Shown: piece by piece, positions 20,801-32,800 of the stretch | How the letters are laid out: every line of letters begins with the position of its first letter | Position numbering within the stretch: position 1 is the first letter of the stretch | Assembly (NCBI GenBank): GCA_048013815.1 | Contig: CM106586.1 | Coordinates: 18,166,001-18,230,000, forward strand | Source: Setoptus koraiensis | Lineage: Eukaryota > Animalia > Arthropoda | DNA: 64,000 bases | Reading direction: 5' to 3' | Notes under the pieces: model-generated | Seen by the model: only the letters and a program-made list of their open reading frames with translations | Database searches by the model: none | What the model was told of the DNA's origin: nothing | Program-made: the position numbers and the translations under genes

Positions 20801-23800
20801 AACATTTTGGCCGGATACTGCTTCTATATCTTTTGGGGCTATAACCCATCTAGGCGGCACTGTTCAAAGGATAGAAGAAAATAAACATAAGTTTGTCAAA
20901 CTAATTCTGTAACAATAATAAGCTCCGGGTTCAATAACAAGCTATTCTATCTTTCTGTCTAGATTCTTCAGCTATGAGGGATTCTCTAATGTGTTTGTGT
21001 TTCTATGGCTCTGCAAACACGACGATTCTTTTTTTCAAATCTATTTTGGCTCAACGGACTGGACAGTTATTTCAATCGGATTCCCAGCATTTTTTAACCA
21101 AAAGATGCTGGAACTGTAATTAAAGTACTCAAAATATATCACTCAAATACCTCCATTAAATTCTTTGTGGCAAATCCTAAGTATACTCACCGTTGACCAC
21201 CATCCTGGTTGTATAATTGACCGACGCCGCACGATTGGTAGCCCTGGGCAAGACACATGAGAAGATTTTTTTTGTGGAAGGAGGAGAGTTGGTCATCAAA
21301 GTGATATATATCTTCAGATGTAATAACTAATTTGTTTCTATCACTCTCTATCTTCGTCCTCCTTTGATTCGATCTGTCTAACGTTTTCACTCTTTCAGTT
21401 TCTGTATTTTTTTGCTCGCCTATCTTCCTCTTTTGCTTGAAAAGATTGATTGCCTCGTGATACGACATTTTCTTCTTGACAAGGGCTTATTTTAGCTGAG
21501 CAATAAAAATCTACAAGGGTCTTAGATATACTTACATGCAAGTATAGTTGCCACTATCTTCGAACTCGACGTACTCAAAGAATACTGTCGAGGTAAACAC
21601 ATTGCTTGCGTCGATCCCGATGCTTTTCCTTATTTTCTTCTGAGCTTGTCTTGCTTGCGGTTGATGATGATATCCAGACATATCAGATAATTGTGAATCA
21701 TCAATGGTATCCAATAGGCGGGATGGGTAGGTTTTAGTTGCTGGGTCAACTTGGGCACTCCGATGAGATATAAGCTCATCTAGTGATTGATTATCTTTAA
21801 ACCATTTTAAGGTGACGGGAGAGTCGCCCTCTATAACAGAACATGTGAGAAAGTTTCGCATGCCCTCACGCAGTGTTGTAGAGGATGCGAATGGCGATAT
21901 AACCGGCGGCACTAAAACAGTGAGATAGAATTCATTGGATGTAGCGGAAATGGGGCTGCTCGATTGGGATGCGTACAGGGGTCCCATGGTTTGCTTAGAA
22001 ATTTGTTGGTCGTCAATTTTACTGTACATATCACTATATTTGTGTTGTTCATCATGATTACTAATTGTACCTGACGCGTAGCCCAACCTTAGGTTATTAT
22101 TGGGCCCTTCATTAGTAGACGGATGGCTTGTATACTGGCCCGGCTCTGGTGATGCACCATTGTGCCGATGTGCTGGCGTCGATTGATGAAAATTCGATGA
22201 CGGGCTGGCTGTCACACGACATTTGTAGAATCCCTGATCTGCTCTACTGACATCTTGTATGACAAGAGTACCATTTGGGTGAATTAGATGTCGTCTGCTC
22301 TGCGGTAGCTTCACGTAGGTATTGGCTAGCTTTGCATCAAAAGAATCCTCTTCGCTGGCTGCGTTCAATTTTCTTCGAATTTTTTTGATGGTATTAGTGT
22401 TGGTGGTGGTGACATTTCTACTAATTGGCCTCGGATGTGAATCAGACGAGTCGTAGGCTTTGTTAGTGTGCCTCGCCTGCCTGACATAAGCGTTGGACAG
22501 GTCAGATGTGGCAGCTGTGGCGGTTGCGCTCAAACGAGTGAGCGCGTTGTCGCCCCTGGCCGCCAGCAATGTTATTTCTCTATATTTGCGCCTCTGTTCG
22601 CTGGTGCTGCTGAATGATGTTTCGTCATCGCCACTCGAACTAAAATTGGCCTCCATTGGATAATAAATGGATGTATCCGCTGCATCGTCGTCGTCGTAAC
22701 TGTCCAAAGTGTAATCGTCCTCATCATCGTTGTTGCTTGCAGAGGTCAATTTGTTTGTGTTGTCCGGAACAATGATACTATTGTCTACCGCTGACGGAAT
22801 TTGTTTTTCAATTAGATCACCGAATTTCAGTAGCGAAAAGTTGTCGCCAGTTGTTGTTGCTGTCGTTTGCATCATTGTGTTTGCAACTATACCTGCAACT
22901 AGATTATCTTGGCGCTCGCCACTAACTACATTGTCGTTATTCCTGTGCCGGCCATATTTGTTGCGCCTGTTACGCGCGCCACGATTGAACACGCCGTCGT
23001 CATAATCTGCGCCATTGTATTGACTCATATCGAAGCTATTATGATTCATTACAGGGCCTATATTATACTGCTGCTGCATCGCCGTCGCCAACACTGCTGC
23101 ATTTGTGGCTGCACCCAAGGGAACCGCACCGCCATCGGAGCCACCGCCAGCCACATTTGACGCATCGTGCTGCTGTGCACCGTCTTGGCCGGTGCCGTGC
23201 ATCATGTGCATCATTGGCTGCGCTGATTTGTAGAACCATTCGATTTGTGCAACGGGGTAACCGCTATAGGGGCACTGGACGTGCATCTGGTGCTCGCCCA
23301 CCAGCACACTCTTATTGGCCATGGTGCGCACTATTGTCGGTTGGCCATAAACATCAATTCTACCCTCGTGCCTGACACTGTGATAACCGTTGCTGGCCTC
23401 ACAGGTATAATAGCCACCATCAACAGTTTGTATTTGGCTAATATTAACAAACGAATGAACGTGATTATCTTGGCTTACGTAATCGCCAATACGAATGCGC
23501 AAATTAGACATAAAATGCTCGCTCAGAGGCTGATCATCTAGATACCAATTCAATTGGGGCAAAATGTGGCCAGTGGCCTCGCATTTTATGGACACTTTGT
23601 CGCCCGGTTTCAGTAGCTGGGACGCAAATCTAAAGTTCATTATTGGTATATCTTCAATCATGTTCAATTGGAAGGCACTCTCGGAACATTCATACAAATT
23701 GCAGGCCATCAACTGATAGACGCCCTGATCGGCAAGGCTCAACTGGCTCAATTCTAGCTGGACAACAACAATTGGAGCACCCAGTGGCGTGCCGTAAGGG

Positions 23801-26800
23801 TGCGCTCTACTGCTCGCAGACGACGATGAAGATGATGATGCAGGCATATTATCAATGAAGGACGATGACAAGGACAAATAATGCTTACGTACTAAATATT
23901 GCTCCAATTCAAGCCAATTGATAGAGTTACCATCGCCAATCAACGTATCCACGTAATAGTGAAATCTTGCCCTATGACCAGCTTGCTGCGGCTTCTGATT
24001 CTGTTGACTGCCATCGCCAGCGCCATTCATGAAATTTAGCGCCTCATATATCCTATCCAAATTGCTGCCAATTGTTGTGGATGAAGTCGACGATATATCA
24101 CCATTTAGATTATTGTTATTATTATTGATTTGATCATCGCTTACTTGGACCATCATGAAGAGATCATTATTGTTGTTGCTGTTTATGTTGACCCCGTTGT
24201 TGCTACCCACGAGCCCATCACCCATCAGTATATCACTATTGTTGCTAGTGCCGCCATTGGACACATCGCCACTGGACGACATGAAGGCACCCTCGTCACC
24301 TTGACTGAATTTTGTATTGCTACCACCATTGAGCACGGCTGATTTCTTTAATATTCTCTGCCTGAATCTAGTATTGAGAGTCAATCGTTTGGCATCTTTT
24401 AGCCATCTCAGATTGTACACTGGATAGCCGGCTATGACAAAATTCACTATTAGCCTAGAGCCCTCTATAGCGGTTATTATTAAATCAGAGGATGATTGAT
24501 GATGAACGCCATCATTACCAGTATGGAATCGGGAACGATGTCGATACACAAGTCTAGGCTGGTGATACGGCTGATGGTGCGGACCTTTGTTTGTCGGGGA
24601 TGCCTGTAGATGCTGCGAAGATGTCCAATTGATAGACTTCGCAAATGGCAAATTGTTGTGCTCATTATTACTGATAATAGATGGATTGTAGTAAGCAGGT
24701 TTATACGATTGGGAATTAGTCCAGCTCGTTATATTGTCTACAATCATGGACAAAGGAAAACTTTTCAGCGAGTCGGCTCCTTTAATTGAGAATGTCATCA
24801 CTTGCAAAGGTTGAGTGGAAGTCGAGTCTCCCGTGTCACTGTTCGTCATAGATGGAATTACTCGCGATGATGCCATTCGATATAAATCACTGTCCCCATT
24901 CGAATTGGCTGAACTTTGCAAGTTTTCGCCGGACGAGAATATATTTGAGTAACCTAATGGATGAGAGGGGAACGGGTAGAGATACAATTATTAGAGTATA
25001 CGATATTTGAGTGTATGTTTCATAATTTAGGAGACCGACCATACTGATACAGTAGTTTGCTATATCTGCGATGGCAAAGAATCGTTTTTTGTCTCTCTTG
25101 GTTGGACACAATGTTACGAAGATGAGGGCTCAGCCAAGAAAAAAAAAATCTTGCAATGCGTTTTTCCCCAGCACGTGCTCATAATCTCTGAGAAGTGTCT
25201 TCACTTCTTTCAAAGCGCTTCTTAAGCCGAACGAGATGAATGAATGAACAAGCCATCGAACATAAGTCAAAGTTTGGATGGTGACGGCTCAATTGTGACG
25301 AGAGTGGTAAATCCTCCTCTTAGCTGGCCACAATTACTGCAATTGTATCTCTTGACACTTTTACTATCCCTTAATAACCCCAAGAACGTTTATACGTGTT
25401 AGCACGTGCTCCCTCCGGCACACAAGAGATTATTATTATTATGATGCATGATGACATCACAAGGAACATAACAAGCGTAACATTGCACCATAAATTGTTG
25501 GATTATTCACTGTCATGTCTCTTTTGGCCAACTAGACAGTAGTAGTAAGAGTAGCGGCGTCGGTTATATCGAGATTACTGCTGCACAGTTGTTAGCCGGA
25601 CCACAATGTCGCCATCTTCATCGGGGGCGGTGGAAGCATGTGCACAATTGACAGCAATCCTCTATCTCACAAATACACTTGCCATATGCGTTGCATAAGA
25701 CCGTTGCTGTTGCATTTTGCGGGTGAACAATTCATATCATAATGTATTGCGTTGGGTCTTAGGCATTGTCAATGGACGCAAAAACGAGAGCGAGCTCATC
25801 GGCTTATGTCATCCAATATAATCATGGATGAGGAGACCAGATGCAAGTATGAATATATCAATAAACTTCTATATATTATTAGCTTATTATTATATTTCGG
25901 CTCACATAGACGAGACTTAGTTGGAATGGGAGGCCGCCGGAGCACACATGTCATCGCCAGTCCATATTATTTCTAGTTGCCCTGTTCAATTACACTCTCT
26001 CAGCTAGATAGGGAAGCATACTGATGAATTAATGGATCAGATGGATAATGAACGGATGCGACGGATCGTGTTGGTGGGTCATTGTAGAAACAAAGAATTA
26101 CTGCATAAATAAAACGGAACATACCACTAGATTATTATTATTACTACTTTTATAAATGGACACACAAACCAAAAGTGAAACTGGCCGGCTCGTTGTTTAT
26201 ATTAAGCCAAGCATAAAGAATCTATCTGTCTATCGAAATTGAGAGTGGTTGTTGGCTGAGCCATTGTTCAAGTTGGAAATGGACAAGCTCACAAGCTCAT
26301 GTTCAGTTCTAAATTCAATCAGCAACTATTGTCATTGTTTGCCTCTATTGCTTGTTGTGCCACATAACGGACACAAGAAACAAAGAACGAAACCGATGCT
26401 AAAAGCACACAAACTATTCTAAATTCAATTTCCTATACCTATATCTAATGCTACTACTATAGCTACCGAACGGCCCCCCATGTATCTGCACTAACGAACA
26501 AACAACAATACGCGGCAAACGCATTATATAGTTGACCAGAGAGCACACCATACCATATGAGAGAGGCCACTTGTCAGTGGAAGAATGGACGATTCCGGTT
26601 ATAGAATCGTCTGGCCGGCAAGCCAGAGTGTATAGCCAATTTGTGTGTCGTTATATCGTTATAAATTGGTAATCGTGATATCGTGCTCCAGATATCCCTG
26701 TTGTCTCTAACAACAGATATCACAGATTGATCAAAAGGGACCCCACAGCCAACAGGATAGTGATCTGGATAGAATGCCCTCCATGACTCTTCATGACAGT

Positions 26801-29800
26801 AGTTTATATTCAGATGGGATGCCAGCGGCGGAGCAGAGACAGCAGCAGCAGCCGTGGCACCAGATCACTTTATATGGCATAATGTTCTTTGGTTGTAACT
26901 CGGCGAAAATACAAAGGCCAATGCCCATACCAACGCACCAATGCATAACATGGATGGGCATAAAACGATGCCAACGGCTCGTCGCAATTGTTCGCGGAAA
27001 TAATGCAAGTGAGACTGTTGAAAAATTCAGCCACTTTTTTAGCTTGTGCTCGTGCAAAGCTCGTGCTTGAACTTTATGTCGATCGTACAGGATGCTGCTG
27101 GCGCTGTGTTTGTTCTAGTTGACAAACAAGCAAAAGCAATCAAGTCTTCGTTTGGTATCGGCAAACGAATTGTCAGTTGCACACACACACGGCGAGCTAG
27201 CTGACCATCAGCAACTCAACTGAAATGGAGTGATACATACATGGAACACTTAACGTATCGCAACAACATAATATGATTTACGATTTGCCAGCGGCAAACA
27301 ACAGAGTAACAAATAAGTTTCCGACGGCATCCTGGGGTGCTATGTACTCGTATATGTGTTTGTGTGTTGGCTATCTAGTGGCAGCAGTAGTGGCAGTAGC
27401 GGGGTAATTGATTTGAGTAAAGTTTTGCCAACAACACGAACGAATGATCAAATTAAAGATTAAATGAGAAAAATGTAAGAGTCGGACAGAGTCAGCAACG
27501 ATAACGGCGATAAGGCGTTTGAATTGGATTAGATATAGCGAGGCAAGGATTTTTTGGTTCTGCCAGTGGTGCCACTGGTAGTGGTGGCCCATTGTGATCT
27601 GTTTGCTCACAGTGGGAGTCGCCCCTGGGTACAGTGGGAGCCACCTCCAAAAGTGTCCACGTTAGGTTAGATATGGTAGTAGTGGCGTTGGTAGTGGGAG
27701 TAGCAGCGAAAAGATACCAATTTAGTGACCACGGGTTCCTTCTAATCACAGTTGCTGCTTATCGTTGGGAGAGTGGCGCGGAGCAGGGATAAAAAGTGGA
27801 ACATTTGATTCCAGTTGCAAGTAGTTATTTTATTGGCTTATTTTTGTCGCGGGCCGAGTGATAATTTCATATCACAGACCATGGCACCATGGAGGACGGC
27901 GTCAACATCCGTTATGGTATCGCGAAGCGGAGGCTATTAGAAGACAAGTCACTCGAACAGCTTATGAGTGAGTTATCAATTTGAACCCTGTCGCGCTGTC
28001 TATCTAATCTAGAGAACACTTTGTATATCACCACTGGTGCTTTTTGACGATGGCTAGAGTGTTTATTGTATTGCGCGTGTGTGTGATTTAATAACTAATT
28101 TTTCGTTATAGCAAGCAAACGTTATAGCCATAGCTCCGGCTGTGAACAACCTCTGAACTGATGATCAATGTATGTTCGCTATTTCGTCTAGATTATGCTC
28201 TTGGGGGGGGGGCGGGAGGGCGCACGACGAGCCAACAAATAACTTGATATTGTTATGTAATCTGGAGATGAAGTTTAATCAGATATTGCGGCGTCTGCGA
28301 TAAATCCCTCGCACCCACAAGCGCACTATTAGAATAGGCATACACAACAACAACAACAACAACAACAAACATGTCGACCATAGATGTATACAAACTGAAC
28401 ATATTCAAACATCATCGAGTCGTCGGGCAACATTATACAGAAATGGAAACCGGGATTGTATTGGAGTGGCGAAGCGCCAGATAGATGGCGGATATATGGA
28501 GTGGTGGCGGATAAGAATGGTGCCAGGCTGAATAGTCAGATATCAAGCATCACGCACTAAATCTTTTAAAGAAGGCCACTTATACGCACGCAATTTGATG
28601 ATGTGATTCAACTCGATTGATGATAATTGAATTGACTGAGTGAGGCGGTCCCCTTGCCGACTCGTGATAGCTGGCATAGCCCACTGTTACTTATGACACT
28701 AGAAGCACAAAGTCACCTCATCGTACTCGAATGGTCGGTTGGTCGCATAGTGGGTTAGTCGGATAGCGGGTTAGTGGGATAGCGGGTTGGTCGGATAGTC
28801 GGATAAAGGGGAGGCAACCGAGAAAGAGAGCAACTGTTATCCCATTGTGCGTGCTCCAAATCTGGCGCGTCGAAAAGAGGATAAGCGCGAATGTGGGCGC
28901 CAATTTGCAACTGCGACCAACCAATTCAAACCAACTCAAACCAACTCTAACCAATTCCAACCAATCCCAACCAAAGGCAGATAAAGAAAGGCTGCGTGTC
29001 GCAGCGCCGGCATGCAGGAGGGCCCCGTTTCCACTTCATACTTAAATGATCGCCAACACTGCAGCCGAGTTACATGGGACGGACAGGCCATGGGACTTTG
29101 GGCAAGCTGCGGTCATTCATGAGGCCCTCTTTTCAGTTGGTGTCGCCCATTCCATTCAATTTAGTTGCTGTTGGCGTTGCGAGACAACAGGATGGACTTT
29201 TGATCTGTGGAGCAGGCAACATGAAAAGAAACACACACACATATCACCAGATAGGCCAGGCAAACTAATCGTATCTGGGGCCAGTGCAGCGAGCCTCGTA
29301 TTATTATTGTTGTTTTTATTGCGACAAACAGACACAACAGAGCGACATGACAGAGAAATGGGCAACTTGCCCCATTCTCAATAGTTGGAGCCTTGTTTTT
29401 TGGTGCCCGCGTCTCCAACTCACGGCCCGCGGATGTCAGTGTGTGTGGCCCAGTGGATGCCAGTTGTTGTTTGTGAGAGATGCGTCGTTTGGGGCCCGGT
29501 GACTATGTGGCTGGGGCCAACAACGGACTGGCCGGCACCCAGCTAACTACTCATGCCCGCCAGACAGCTATGATGTTGGCAGATTTTAGCCAGCCAGCCA
29601 GTGTATGAAGTATGATCATGCAATCAGCAACGCGGATGCGGATTTGCCCGGCCACGTATCGGCGGGCCCCATTGAGCGCTTTGTGGCCAGGCTTTTTCAT
29701 GCCCTTATCAGTGCAGAAAGTACCCTCACATATAATACCCTCGCATATAATATCATCATGTATGATATCATGATATATATGCCAGCAAAAATACAGAGAG

Positions 29801-32800
29801 TACAGCGGTGCGCATATGCGTTTCTGTTCAGTTTTGATACCGATCGAGAAGCGGCCCAATGGGCCAATTGCTGGCTAGAGAGCTCGCTTTTCAGCTGTAC
29901 TCCGTTTCAGCCCGAAAGTGCTCGAGTTAACAATAGCCCTGAACGGGTTATAAATAAACGCGTACGCAACATATGACTCATATGATACGAGTACACATCA
30001 CAGAGATATGGTGATGGTGACAACAACAGCCAGCCAGCCAGCCAGCCAATACAGCCGCCGGAATCGCGTATAAACCGCTGGCATATGAGCGGTGGTATAT
30101 TTCTGGCGGTGGTATGAGCGGTGGCGAGGCGCTCATTTAGCCGTCGTTGGGCAACAATCTGCTTAGGGTGGCACATTTGGCTCATTTGTTGGCGCCGTTG
30201 CGTTTGTCAGGCAAACATGCGGAGCCCACTAAAAAGCGTGGGGCCCGCTCGTGGGGCGCACCTCGCTCGCTTGGCGGCTCGTTGTTGGTGTTGCGACAAT
30301 GCTGTGCTCGCGAACTACACCTAGCTTGCGGTATATCCGTGCTGGATGTGCAGACAGTGCGCACAGTGTTGTTGTTGGCATTACTACTTTTGAGCGTTTA
30401 TTTCGGCATTTGGCCAGCCGTTAGACCCGCCAACAGAAGCGATTTTGCCAGCCAGTGCCAGTGCCGCAATTGCAGGCCCCCGAATGGCCGTTGAATAGAA
30501 TCGCTACAGCGGCGAGCAGAGCAAATAATATAGAAATAGGGCTAATAGTTTATGGAGATACAAGCGGCGCGGGCGTCTTATTTGCACGTGTTGTTGACAG
30601 CTATGGAATGTTTTTCTTGCTTTGCTCTCTTTGTGTGGCAAAGGTTGGCCCCTAACAGCGCCGTCCGCACGATTAGCTGCCTGCATAAGCTGTCCAAGCG
30701 GGCACTACCTACTGCCGTCGCTATTAGTTTTGGCACGAGCTCACCAGTGGGCCCGGTATCGGTATTGCAGTGCGCGGTGCGGCCGTGTTCGGTATTGCGC
30801 GCGGTGCGGCCGCTTTCGGGTTCGGTCGATCGCGCGCGGTCCGCCGCAAGCCGTCGCAAGCCATCGCAAGCCGCCATCCAGCAGCCGCGCCACCAGTCCC
30901 GGCACCAGCCGCGATATTGGGCATGATACCGGCCGCGGTACCGGGCATGATATCAGCGAGCGCCACGAGTGTCAGCGGGGCGAGCTGGCGACATCTCTTT
31001 GTTTGGCGGGCACGGGCGCTGTCAGTGGCATTGTGACTGGCGCTGTCACTGGCCAGGTCGCCGGGCAATTTCTGGCCCACAGACGACGCAGGGCCCCACA
31101 CACGGCCCACGGATGCTGTCTGGTGCAGCCCGAAGCTCGGGCGCAACCGCCGGAGCGGCTGCCGTGCGAGCTAGCTCGTAGCATATCCGAGCTCGGATAT
31201 GAGTGAGCTCGAATATGCTATGAGCTGGGCGAGACGCCAAGACGGCCGCGCGGCGGATAGCGCACGTATCAGCACAGTGCGCAACAATGATAACAAATCT
31301 GTTCCGTTTAGTGGCGCTGTCAGTGTTGGTTGCGTCAGACATCGCCAAATATCAGACATACATCATGTTTGTAGTGGCCAATACAGCGTGTATAACCAAA
31401 CGGGCCAGCCATGCAATCGATAGCCAGTTTGTGATAGATTGTGATAGTTTGTGTGCGTGTGTGTGTGTGTGTGTGCAAGCTCGGCAAACAATATCACAAT
31501 GGGCAGACAAACAACAACAACGGCAACAATATAAACATTGCATCACATGAATTTATTGTCAACCGGGTGACAGTTGCGAGCTCGCCAGCTCGCCAACGTG
31601 CTCTAAAATATACGCCGCGATATAAGTCAGTGGGCCGAATATTGTATTAACATTATTGTTATTATCAATTTGTCTGTGTTTGTCTGACTGCAGGCCGCTG
31701 CTGCGCAATCTGTTATGTAATATAGCGACGGCGGCGCAATATAATATCCGTGGCGCGCCCCATATATAACCGCCGCACAAGACCGGTCGTATATGACTGT
31801 GCAGACACTCGATAACGGACAGCGCCAGCGTCATGTGACGCCCGTGATACGCGGGCACATATTGCGTCCGCGGGCCGGAGCGGCCATTAGCGTTCTCGGT
31901 CGGGCAGCGTCTTTGTCTCGGGCGCATCGGGTGCGTCGGGCGCGTCGAACGGCCCCGCTTGGCCAGTGTTCATTAACTTTGTCACATTAGCATCGGCATT
32001 AGCATAGAGAGCCGCCGAACAGATTAACTGGGCTGCGTGTGGCGCGCGCTGTCTCGCCGGCCACCGGATTGTATCCGATGACAGCGTATATATATAATAA
32101 TGATAATTAGTTAGGTACACACACACGACGGGCTGCGCACGGCCGCTAATCGGGTCCGCTGGCGGCTAATCGGGCGCAGCGACCGATAACGGGCCAAGTG
32201 GGAAACACGAGTATGACATAACTGACAAAAACAACTATCGACCAGACCGGCCGTCGGCATGTGCGGGCCGGCGGCCGTTTAATTGCCGCCGTTGCACTTG
32301 TGCGCCGATGGGGCCCGCAAGTGTGTGTGTGCCTATGCGTCTTATCATGCGTGAACCGGCCCGATCGCACCTGACCAACCGCAGGGCTGGACACGAGAGA
32401 GATGGGGCCCGCATGATAAGGTTGTTGTCGTCGGTGTGCGTTGTAATCAATTGGCGCTCTCACAATTGCCTAATGACACCAGCCCGGCCGGCTGTTAATG
32501 TTCAGTCGGGCGGCAACAACAGCGCCGACAACAGCATCGACATCCACGCCGACGGCAGCAACAACAGCGACGGCAGCAACAACAGCGACGGCAGCGGCGA
32601 CAACGGCGACAACAAGGACAGTTTTTTATTTTTATCGCCGCTCGCCGAGCCGTGCAAGCGAGCCAACAAGCGACTCGGCAATACATGCCTGCGCGCATAT
32701 ATTACGCGCCCGTTCGCCCCAGCGGCTGCCCGAACAACCGACCGGCCCTCGGCCGGAGCAGCCAGAGCCCGGCTGGCGCCAGGCGGCTGCGGTGCAGATG

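Noticed and set aside
30055-30116. Imperfect hairpin (CCGCCGGAA...TTCTGGCGG)
   Set aside because: Large asymmetric bulge and short stems, within chance for GC-rich DNA.
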